64,000 bases of DNA from a virus. This document shows positions 7,874 to 15,396 of the stretch, in pieces; positions within the stretch are counted from its first letter, which is position 1; each line of letters begins with the position of its first letter. Under the pieces are notes generated by a model that had not been told where the DNA came from, did not search any database, and saw nothing but the letters and a program-made list of their open reading frames with translations. The DNA lies in the IMG/VR virus record IMGVR_UViG_3300027759_000056, positions 47,977 to 111,976 of that record, one strand, 5' to 3'. The position numbers and the translations under genes are program-made.

Positions 7874-8485
7874 ATGGCTAAATACACACTTAATACCTAT
7901 GGATGGTCTTTTGAGGCTATCTGCAAATCTCTAACTGACGAACAAGTCCAAATTATTAAAGACAAAATGGAAGAAGAAGGTTTTTCGGAACTCCATGAAA
8001 TCCGTTTTGATTTGGATGAACTATTGGACCTTGATTTTTGGGACGGTGAAATATTTCACAAAACCGAAGCGTTTGACAATGGTACAATGCACTTTGAACT
8101 TCTTGATGAAGAAGAAAATAAAGTATTAGAGTTTGGTATTGGTGAAACCGCCGACTTATACGAAACAATTGAAGATTTTGAAGAAAAGTATGAGTATAGA
8201 GGTTATAGTCCGATTCCTGAAGAAAAAGGACCAACCAATTTGTATTTAAGCATAGATGAAAACAAAGGTGGGATTTTTACATTCAAACTTGAATCTGATA
8301 CCATACCGACACCATCGGATTTTACTTACTCAACAGGTTCAATAGACACAACTGATGGTGATTATGATTTTATTGACAAAATTTTCTTTAAAGGACAACC
8401 ATTAGAAATTGAAGATTGTTTGGATAATTCAGGGAAATCATCCTCATGTATGATTTATACATTGGATGGTGAAACCATAGAATAA
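7874..8485 (+). CDS. hypothetical acidic protein
   Basis: 203-aa ORF; TATATTTG 4 nt upstream. Confidence 0.7.
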   Translation: MAKYTLNTYGWSFEAICKSLTDEQVQIIKDKMEEEGFSELHEIRFDLDELLDLDFWDGEIFHKTEAFDNGTMHFELLDEEENKVLEFGIGETADLYETIEDFEEKYEYRGYSPIPEEKGPTNLYLSIDENKGGIFTFKLESDTIPTPSDFTYSTGSIDTTDGDYDFIDKIFFKGQPLEIEDCLDNSGKSSSCMIYTLDGETIE

Positions 8486-8489
8486 TTAT

Positions 8490-8563
8490 GGCGAGGTAGC
8501 TCAGTCGGTTAGAGCGCAGGATTCATAACCCTGAGGTGGGGGGTTCAATTCCCTCCCTCGCTA
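8490..8563 (+). tRNA. tRNA-Met(CAT), elongator-like
   Basis: CAGG(A)-TTCATAA-(C)CCTG; GGCGAGG acceptor. Confidence 0.9.
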
Positions 8564-8592
8564 CAAATACATAATTGTGAGTATTTATATAT

Positions 8593-10146
8593 ATGATTTT
8601 ATTTGAAGGTCGTAAGGAAGACTCATTTAAGAAATTCCAAAAAAGTATTGATGGTGAAAGAAAGATGATATCCACTTACATGGATGATGCGTCTGCGTAT
8701 GATTTTTTAATTGGTGAACCTTTTATAAAAGAGACTAATTACAAATATCTTAATGATATTTTGGATTATTATTATACCGTAAATTATTATTCAGGTGAAG
8801 CTGAGCCTTTAGACAAAGACAAAGCAAGAAATCTAATATTTGGAATGAGGAGTGAAATTGACAAGATTGTTGCTTCTTTAGAAACATTTGAAAAACACAA
8901 ATCCAAATTCAAATATCCTGAGTTTAGAAAATACAATACAAATATAGAAGATTTTTTTAAGGAAGCTCAAAAGATTAAAACTGACGTTGAGACCAAACAG
9001 ATTGAAAAATCCGCCAAGAAAGAAATAGATAAAATTTTTGAAAACGATACGTTGTTGGTTATAAAACCAAAATCATTTACAGCATCTTGTTATTATGGTT
9101 CAGGTACAAAATGGTGTACAACAATGAAAGGTAATCCATCGTACTTTAATCAATATAGCTCAAGTGGAAACTTGTATTATTTAATATTAAAAAATGTTGA
9201 TAGAAGTAACAAGTTTTACAAAATGGCTATTCACGCACCAAAGAATAAAAGATTTGATGAAGCTTCAATTTGGTACGATTCAACTGACGAAAGATTAACA
9301 TCAAGAGAAAAAGAATCTGTATTAGCTCATATGCCAAAAGACGCTTATAATGCAATGGTTAATGACTATAAAACTTCATTCCCTGAAGAGAATCCAATAG
9401 ATATTATTTACAAGATAATGCCAAATGTGAACCAAAATGTGGATGATTATGTATATAAATTCAAAGGTGGTGAAATAGAATTGGCAATTGATTCACCTGA
9501 GATTGAAGATACTGACACAAATAGTCTTAGAATTAGTTCTACTTGGGGTATATCGGAACAAAGAAATGGTAAAGAGGTTTATCATGAAGATGGTGCCATT
9601 GATTGTTATTTGGAATCTTATCCAAATCAAGTGTTATTACCAAACTATTACATAGTTAAAATAAGTTATGAGATAATACCATATTCAGATACTAAAATTG
9701 TTGAAAGATATGATGGTACTACAACATTACAACTTGACAACGAAAGAAAAAACGACCCAGAATATGTTAGAATACAACTTAACGGTGCATTAAAACAAAT
9801 ATTTGACGGTTTCCAAAATAAAATGGAGTATAGACTTAGAAATGATGAGGATTTATTAGAGAAATATCCACCAACAAAGTCTAAAGCTTATACCATGTCA
9901 AAATACACCTTCACAGGTAAAGGAGCGTTAACCAAAGCATTTATGGAATATCTTAAAAACATTCCTGAAGGTAAGGTCGGTAATAAGAACGAATTTTTAA
10001 CTCAAATAGGTAGAAGAAGTGGTCCTGGTCAATATAGTAGTTTCTTTTCAGCGTCAAATATGGCAGGTATTAGTGCCAGACAAGGAAAAAGTGGTTTGGT
10101 TAAAGGACCAAACTTTGACAAATTTTACAAGAAAATATTTGAATAA
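8593..10146 (+). CDS. large hypothetical protein (ASCYYGSGTKWC family), probable head-associated; paralog of 18500-20299
   Basis: shared motif; MILFE|GRKED N-terminus; TATTTAT upstream. Confidence 0.7.
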   Translation: MILFEGRKEDSFKKFQKSIDGERKMISTYMDDASAYDFLIGEPFIKETNYKYLNDILDYYYTVNYYSGEAEPLDKDKARNLIFGMRSEIDKIVASLETFEKHKSKFKYPEFRKYNTNIEDFFKEAQKIKTDVETKQIEKSAKKEIDKIFENDTLLVIKPKSFTASCYYGSGTKWCTTMKGNPSYFNQYSSSGNLYYLILKNVDRSNKFYKMAIHAPKNKRFDEASIWYDSTDERLTSREKESVLAHMPKDAYNAMVNDYKTSFPEENPIDIIYKIMPNVNQNVDDYVYKFKGGEIELAIDSPEIEDTDTNSLRISSTWGISEQRNGKEVYHEDGAIDCYLESYPNQVLLPNYYIVKISYEIIPYSDTKIVERYDGTTTLQLDNERKNDPEYVRIQLNGALKQIFDGFQNKMEYRLRNDEDLLEKYPPTKSKAYTMSKYTFTGKGALTKAFMEYLKNIPEGKVGNKNEFLTQIGRRSGPGQYSSFFSASNMAGISARQGKSGLVKGPNFDKFYKKIFE

Positions 10147-10174
10147 TTCTTATTAGTGTCTTATACTTTTGATA

Positions 10175-11443
10175 ATGGAAAAATTATCAAATGTAGGGAA
10201 CAATATTGTGGGCTCTGAAATTATTAAAATCTCACAACAAATCAAAGAAATTGCTAAAACAAAATCAGTATCTAACCTAACCATAGGTGACTTTAATTCC
10301 AAACTATGGCCAATACCCTCAAAATTAAGAGAACACATTCAAGATGCGTATGAGTGGGATTTAACCAACTATCCAAACTCACAAGGAGAACTTGAATTAA
10401 GAGAATCCGTATCCAAACACATTAAACATCAGTTCAATGTTGATTATTCACCTGAAGAAATATTAATTGGTGGTGGAGTTCGTCCATTAATTTATACGGT
10501 TTATAAAGCCACGGTAAATCCAAATGAAGAGGTGATTTATCCTGTACCATCTTGGAATAATAACCACTATTGTTTTTTACATAACGCAAAAAAAGAAGAA
10601 ATTGAATGTACACCTGAAAATTCATTTTTCCCAACCGTTGAAGATGTTGACGGCAGAATAAGTGATAAAACATCATTGGTTTGTATTTGTTCACCGCAAA
10701 ATCCAACAGGTCGTGTAATTGACCCCGAAGTTCTGAAAGGTATTTGTGAGTTGATTGTGAGAGAAAATAAAATCAGGTCAACACAAGTAGGTTCAAGACC
10801 ATTGTATTTGTTCTTTGACCAGATTTATTCTGACATCACCAAAGAAGGTTTGTTTATCCACCCATTAACTTTATGTCCTGAAATCAGAGATTATTTGATT
10901 TGTGCTGATGGTATTTCAAAGTCATTAAACGCAACTGGTGTTCGTGTTGGTTGGTTGTTTGGTCCAAAAGATATTATTGGAAAGATGACCGAAGTTTTGT
11001 CTCACATTGGAGCATGGGCTCCAAAACCTGAACAACGAGCATTGGATGCGTACATCAGAGAAGATTATGAAGATTACATTTCTCACATTAACTATGTAAC
11101 AAAATCGTACGAATTTATATCAGATAAAATATGTGGTAAGTTGGAAGAATTGAAAAACAAAGGTCATAATGTTGATTACCAAAAACCTGATGGTGGAATT
11201 TATATTTCGGTTTATTTGGGTTATGTTCATTCATTTCCAACAACTGAAGAGTATATTTCGTTCTTAATTAATACCTGTGGGTTGGGAATTGTTCCGTTTG
11301 AATATTTTGGTTCAAAGAGTAACAAAGGATGGTTTAGAATATCAATTGGTAATGTTGCCGAGTTAAATTTGGACTCAATTATTAAAACAATTGAAAATTC
11401 TGTACAAAAATCAGTAAGTTATGTAAATTCTTTAGCATTTTAA
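10175..11443 (+). CDS. PLP-dependent aminotransferase class I/II (aspartate aminotransferase-like)
   Basis: SPQNPTG, FDQIY, DGISKSLNATGVRVGW (PLP lysine), WFRIS. Confidence 0.9.
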   Translation: MEKLSNVGNNIVGSEIIKISQQIKEIAKTKSVSNLTIGDFNSKLWPIPSKLREHIQDAYEWDLTNYPNSQGELELRESVSKHIKHQFNVDYSPEEILIGGGVRPLIYTVYKATVNPNEEVIYPVPSWNNNHYCFLHNAKKEEIECTPENSFFPTVEDVDGRISDKTSLVCICSPQNPTGRVIDPEVLKGICELIVRENKIRSTQVGSRPLYLFFDQIYSDITKEGLFIHPLTLCPEIRDYLICADGISKSLNATGVRVGWLFGPKDIIGKMTEVLSHIGAWAPKPEQRALDAYIREDYEDYISHINYVTKSYEFISDKICGKLEELKNKGHNVDYQKPDGGIYISVYLGYVHSFPTTEEYISFLINTCGLGIVPFEYFGSKSNKGWFRISIGNVAELNLDSIIKTIENSVQKSVSYVNSLAF

Positions 11444-11500
11444 TTGACACTTTTCAAAAGTTTGATATATTTAATAAGAAATTAAATAATAATACATTCA

Positions 11501-11569
11501 ATGATTACCATCAACATATTCGGCACACCAGCAACAGAGGCTGATACTTCCAAAGTGGAGATGGGATAA
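11501..11569 (+). CDS. putative attenuator leader peptide 2 (MITINIFGTPATEADTSKVEMG)
   Basis: 22-codon ORF ahead of a terminator; core GTPATEADT matches tRNA array 2. Confidence 0.75.
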   Translation: MITINIFGTPATEADTSKVEMG

Positions 11570-11590
11570 TATTGTAAAAAAATATCTTAC

Positions 11591-11622
11591 AAAAACCCAT
11601 CTCAAAAGGATGGGTTTTTTTT
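11591..11622 (+). terminator. intrinsic terminator/attenuator upstream of tRNA array 2
   Basis: AAAAACCCATC-TCAAAAG-GATGGGTTTTT plus T tract; CCCATCTC can alternatively pair with GAGATGGG (11558-11565). Confidence 0.85.
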
Positions 11623-11653
11623 GTGTTTGTTTGGCAGTATCAAAAAAATGTAT

Positions 11654-11661
11654 TAACTTTG
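11654..11661 (+). promoter_or_regulatory. Bacteroidota-type -7 promoter element
   Basis: TAACTTTG with TTTG ~20 nt upstream. Confidence 0.65.
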
Positions 11662-11689
11662 TAGTGTTGAAAAACACAACAGAACAAAA

Positions 11690-11711
11690 AAGTTCTTTGA
11701 CGTATTGGTAA
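11690..11711 (+). promoter_or_regulatory. boxA-like antitermination element
   Basis: AAGTTCTTTGACGTATTGGTAA. Confidence 0.6.
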
Positions 11712-11720
11712 GAAAAAATT

Positions 11721-11792
11721 GCTCGGTTCATCTATCGGTTAGGATGCTAGGTTTTCATCCTAGAAAGAGGGGTTCGACTCCCCTACCGAGTA
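11721..11792 (+). tRNA. tRNA-Glu(TTC)
   Basis: CTAGG-TTTTCAT-CCTAG. Confidence 0.92.
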
Positions 11793-11801
11793 CAAATAAA
11801 T

Positions 11802-11876
11802 AGCGGGGTGGAGCAGAGGTAGCTTGCGAGGCTCATAACCTTGAGGTCACAGGTTCGAATCCTGTCCCCGCTACCA
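11802..11876 (+). tRNA. tRNA-Met(CAT), initiator-like body with A1-U72 pair
   Basis: AGCGGGGTGGAGCAG...; loop CTCATAA; CCA. Confidence 0.88.
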
Positions 11877-11884
11877 AAATAAAT

Positions 11885-11958
11885 CGCGAGTTGGTGTAAT
11901 GGTAACATAATGGGCTCATAACCCATAGTTCCGAGTTCGAGTCTCGGGTTCGCAACCA
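11885..11958 (+). tRNA. tRNA-fMet(CAT)
   Basis: C1:A72 mismatch; GGG/CCC anticodon stem; CCA. Confidence 0.88.
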
Positions 11959-11961
11959 ATG

Positions 11962-12172
11962 GATGTAACTTGGGTCGTGCCACATTGGCCACTTTTACAT
12001 CAAGAGTCAGAAGGATTAGAGGTGGCCGTGACTACTCTGACTCGAATACAAAGTACCACGATGCTTACCGTAAGAACAGCACAGTGGTAGATAGAGTTAA
12101 CGTGAATAACCCAAGGCATAAGCGTTAACAACCCCCAATAAGACTATTTGGCCAATAGAAACTGTTGGGGTT
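11962..12172 (+). ncRNA. unassigned multi-hairpin, pseudoknotted RNA
   Basis: five hairpins and two loop-loop complementarities (see findings). Confidence 0.6.
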
Positions 12173-12179
12173 ATTAAAA

Positions 12180-12251
12180 GCGAGTGTAGTATAAAGGCTA
12201 TTACTCCAGCCTTCCAAGCTGGATATGCGAGTTCGATTCTCGCCACTCGCT
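12180..12251 (+). tRNA. tRNA-Gly(TCC)
   Basis: CCAGC-CTTCCAA-GCTGG; U73. Confidence 0.92.
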
Positions 12252-12256
12252 CAAAA

Positions 12257-12453
12257 AGAACCTTTTCTTACGGAAGTCCGATTAGCGCGGATGAAAGGAA
12301 CCTTGACTTCACGGGAGTAGCTACCCAATTGAAGCTTGAATGACTCAAGGTACTCTGTAATGGACCCTGCTCTATGGTGCACACATAACAGGTGATGGGG
12401 AACAAACCATCGGTAAAATCTAAACCCACGGTGAGCGTGGAAGGAAAGTTTCT
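12257..12453 (+). ncRNA. unassigned ~200-nt structured RNA
   Basis: closing helix AGAACCTTTTCTT/AAGGAAAGTTTCT; several internal hairpins; no ORF. Confidence 0.55.
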
Positions 12454-12460
12454 TTTTTTT

Positions 12461-12535
12461 GCGGGAGTAGCTCAGGGGTAGAGCTTCAGTTTACCAAACT
12501 GAAAGTCGAAGGTTCGAATCCTTTTTCCCGCTCCA
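12461..12535 (+). tRNA. tRNA-Gly(ACC)
   Basis: TCAGT-TTACCAA-ACTGA; GCGGGAG acceptor; U73 plus CCA. Confidence 0.88.
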
Positions 12536-12603
12536 AATGTAAATCTTAAAAAGGGCCCTTCCGTGTTTATCACGGCTTGTTGGGCCCGGGTTTACTAACT
12601 TAC

Positions 12604-12675
12604 GGTCCTGTAGTTAATCGGCTATAATATTGCCCTGTCACGGCAAAGTGCCGGGTTCGATTCCCGGTGGGACCG
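12604..12675 (+). tRNA. tRNA-Asp(GTC)
   Basis: TTGCC-CTGTCAC-GGCAA; G73. Confidence 0.92.
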
Positions 12676-12686
12676 CAAAAATAAAA

Positions 12687-12756
12687 GGGCCTGATGTCAA
12701 CGGCAGACCGTTTGATTTGCAATCAGAACGTATGGGTTCGATTCCCACAGTGTCCA
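12687..12756 (+). tRNA. tRNA-Ala(TGC)
   Basis: TTGA-TTTGCAA-TCAG; G3.U70; irregular acceptor/D arm. Confidence 0.8.
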
Positions 12757-12765
12757 CAAACAAAT

Positions 12766-12841
12766 AGCGTAGTAGAGGAGTCAGGTTTATCTCATCTGCT
12801 TTGGGAGCAGAGGCACGCTGGTTCGAATCCAGTCTACGCTA
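12766..12841 (+). tRNA. tRNA-Pro(TGG)
   Basis: TCTGC-TTTGGGA-GCAGA. Confidence 0.9.
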
Positions 12842-12874
12842 CTAATTATAAAAAAAATTTACTATCTTTGTAAC

Positions 12875-13162
12875 ATGAAAAACATATTAAAAGACCCCCG
12901 ATTTTATTTTTTCCTATGGATTGTTCTATCTATTATTCTTGCCATTACGTTAGGAGCTTGTAAACAGAAACCTTTGATTGAAAAAGGTGATGTAGTTGAA
13001 AAGTTCGTTATTGATTCAATGGTTCAATTGCCACCTCACAGCACAATTGAACTTGACAGGAAGTACAAGTATTTCATGTCAGACAGCAGTGAGTTTACTT
13101 CTTTGAAGAAATATAACATTGGTGATACAATCACTTATGTTTACAAAAAACAAGGAAAGTAA
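12875..13162 (+). CDS. putative lipoprotein/membrane protein
   Basis: hydrophobic N-terminus ending in LGAC lipobox. Confidence 0.65.
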   Translation: MKNILKDPRFYFFLWIVLSIILAITLGACKQKPLIEKGDVVEKFVIDSMVQLPPHSTIELDRKYKYFMSDSSEFTSLKKYNIGDTITYVYKKQGK

Positions 13163-13181
13163 TATATATTAAAACATAAAT

Positions 13182-13258
13182 GCCTGAATAGCTTTAATTG
13201 GTAGAGCACCTGACTTGTAATCAGGGGGTTGGCGGTTCGAGTCCGTCTTCAGGCTCCA
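13182..13258 (+). tRNA. tRNA-Thr(TGT)
   Basis: CCTGA-CTTGTAA-TCAGG; CCA. Confidence 0.93.
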
Positions 13259-13270
13259 AACACAATAATC

Positions 13271-13456
13271 ATGGACCCCAAGACTCAAATGACGCAGGAA
13301 GATTTTTTAACTGAATTGACTGAATTAAGTCAGTCATTTGGATTGTATGGTGAAAATGACAACTTTGGTGTTGATGGAGTTTACATACATACCCAACCAG
13401 AAATGTACATATGTCCGTGGGATAATACTCAAGGGGATTGTACTCATTTCAACTAA
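13271..13456 (+). CDS. small hypothetical protein
   Basis: MDPKTQMTQEDF..., between two tRNAs. Confidence 0.5.
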   Translation: MDPKTQMTQEDFLTELTELSQSFGLYGENDNFGVDGVYIHTQPEMYICPWDNTQGDCTHFN

Positions 13457-13461
13457 TATTT

Positions 13462-13535
13462 GGACGGGTAGCTCAACAGGTTAGAGCAGGATGCTTATAT
13501 CATCAAGGTTGGGGGTTCAAGTCCCTTCTCGTCTA
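13462..13535 (+). tRNA. tRNA-Ile(TAT)
   Basis: GATG-CTTATAT-CATC; standard D and T arms; A73. Confidence 0.85.
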
Positions 13536-13549
13536 CTAAAAATTTAATT

Positions 13550-14122
13550 ATGAGCAACGAATATAATCAATGGTATTGGAAACTTTATAGATGGTTCAGA
13601 TGGGACGCTAAACATCTTCATCGTGATATTGCACAGGGTTTTAGAAACCTATGGAAATGGTTACCAATAATTTGGAAAGACCGTGATTGGGATGACCATT
13701 TTATTTTTGAAGTTTTGAAATTCAAAATCAAGAATACCGCCAAGTATACAGAAAAAAAACAAAGGTTTGTTGGTTGGGAAAAAGAAGTTAGATATATGAG
13801 AATATGTGAAACTTTAATTGATAGAATTCAAAATGAGTATTATCAGATGGAGTATCAAGATTATCATGATTTTGATATTAGTACGGTACCAACAGAAGAT
13901 GGTTTGTATGAAGTTGTCTTTGATGTTAAACGTGATGATACTGATGAATTTGTTAAAAAATACCCACACGCTCTAAGAAAAGCAAAAAAAGACCCAAGAT
14001 TTAAGAGTTATTTTAAGAATGAAAGAAATGGTTATCTTGCTGTGGGTATGATTAGACACGAAAAAGCAAGAAAACTGTTATTCAAAATTTTGGAACAAAG
14101 AATTGAGCGTTGGTGGGATTGA
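13550..14122 (+). CDS. hypothetical Trp-rich phage protein
   Basis: WLPIIWKDRDWD...IERWWD. Confidence 0.75.
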   Translation: MSNEYNQWYWKLYRWFRWDAKHLHRDIAQGFRNLWKWLPIIWKDRDWDDHFIFEVLKFKIKNTAKYTEKKQRFVGWEKEVRYMRICETLIDRIQNEYYQMEYQDYHDFDISTVPTEDGLYEVVFDVKRDDTDEFVKKYPHALRKAKKDPRFKSYFKNERNGYLAVGMIRHEKARKLLFKILEQRIERWWD

Positions 14123-14150
14123 TTTTTTTCACTATATTTGTATAACAAAT

Positions 14151-14224
14151 GGACCTTTAGCTCAGTTGGTCAGAGCGGCTGACTCATAATCAGTAGGTCG
14201 TAGGTTCAAGCCCTACAGGGTCCA
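14151..14224 (+). tRNA. tRNA(CAT), probably Ile2 (lysidine type)
   Basis: GCTGA-CTCATAA-TCAGT; GGACCTT acceptor resembles Ile2 bodies. Confidence 0.8.
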
Positions 14225-14227
14225 CAA

Positions 14228-14413
14228 ATGAAACAAAAAATGTATAGACCAAAAATTGACCGAGTTATTGGTGGAGTATGTTCTGGTATTGCATACCACG
14301 TAGACATTGACCCAATTTTTGTTCGAGTATTATTCTCAATATTAATTTTTAGTCCACTCCCAATTATCTTTGCTTATTTATTATTTTGGTTTTTTACACC
14401 AGGTGGTGAATAA
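14228..14413 (+). CDS. pspC: PspC-domain membrane protein
   Basis: DRVIGGVCSGIAYHVDIDPIFVRVLF signature. Confidence 0.85.
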   Translation: MKQKMYRPKIDRVIGGVCSGIAYHVDIDPIFVRVLFSILIFSPLPIIFAYLLFWFFTPGGE

Positions 14414-14480
14414 AAAGTTTTAATACCTGATTTATATCAGTTTTTTTTGTATTTATTTAGTAAATAACACTTTTTTACTA

Positions 14481-15107
14481 ATGGAATGGGCTGATATTCT
14501 TAAAACATTAATAACCGCTGTATCATCAATTGTTGTTGCATTGGTTGCTGCAGGGTATTTTAGAAAAAATTCTGAAAAAAACAAAGAAGAAAAAAGCCGT
14601 GGTAAATTAATGGAACAAATTCAACGTGATGAATTGGTTCATTTTACATTAAGAGAAATTAGAAGAAAATTTAATTCAGATAGAGTTTATATTATTCAAT
14701 TTCATAATGGTGGAAGTTTTTATACTCAAACACCAATGCAAAAAGCATCCATTACATATGAAAGATGTTCAGATGGATTAGAAAAATTTTCAGAAAGATT
14801 TCAAAATATTTTAATTTCAAATCATAATTGGTATTTTACCGAAATTATTAACAATCGTTGTTTTTTTTCAGACATTGAAACACAGGTCAAAGATTTACCT
14901 GAAAAAAGTTTATTAAAAAATTATGGTAATTACGCACATGCTGGAGTACCAATTTATGATGTTGAAAAAAGATTAATTGGTGTTATGTGTTTATCTTGGG
15001 TATTTTCTGATTTACAAATAAATGATATACATGATGGTAAATTCAATGATGAGTTCAAAAAACAACTTTATGATGATGCCAATTCTTTAAGACCATATCT
15101 TGTATGA
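14481..15107 (+). CDS. putative holin (T4 T-like: one TM plus GAF-like domain)
   Basis: N-terminal TM; RVYIIQFHNG; GVPIY..LIGVMCL GAF-like strands; near an M23 peptidase. Confidence 0.55.
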   Translation: MEWADILKTLITAVSSIVVALVAAGYFRKNSEKNKEEKSRGKLMEQIQRDELVHFTLREIRRKFNSDRVYIIQFHNGGSFYTQTPMQKASITYERCSDGLEKFSERFQNILISNHNWYFTEIINNRCFFSDIETQVKDLPEKSLLKNYGNYAHAGVPIYDVEKRLIGVMCLSWVFSDLQINDIHDGKFNDEFKKQLYDDANSLRPYLV

Positions 15108-15385
15108 TTGAATTTTGGGACATAGATTTTGATGACGAATTAGATTTAGAGGTTGAAGATTTTGTTGAAGGTTTATTAAAATTAGGATTCAAAAGAAAAA
15201 ACAAAGACATTTTTGTTAAATCAGTAATTAATCATAATGGTGATAAAGTTGATGACGGATTATTTTACCATCTAAACGAACAACTTTTGGTTTATTATCC
15301 TGAACCTAATAGTGGAATAACAATCAAAGGTGTAGGTGATGACATCAATAAAATTGATGAATTTATCCGAAAGAATATAATGTAA
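15104..15385 (+). CDS. hypothetical protein
   Basis: overlaps the stop of the upstream gene. Confidence 0.6.
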   Translation: MIEFWDIDFDDELDLEVEDFVEGLLKLGFKRKNKDIFVKSVINHNGDKVDDGLFYHLNEQLLVYYPEPNSGITIKGVGDDINKIDEFIRKNIM

Positions 15386-15396
15386 TATTTATTGTT

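Noticed and set aside
12257-12453. RNase P RNA (GGAAGTCC resembles the P4 5' strand)
   Set aside because: The 3' conserved P4 partner (…GGCTTA) is not evident; left unassigned.
4468-14224. Most tRNAs end in NCAA/NCTA rather than NCCA
   Set aside because: Common for tRNA genes that rely on CCA-adding enzyme; not treated as pseudogenisation.
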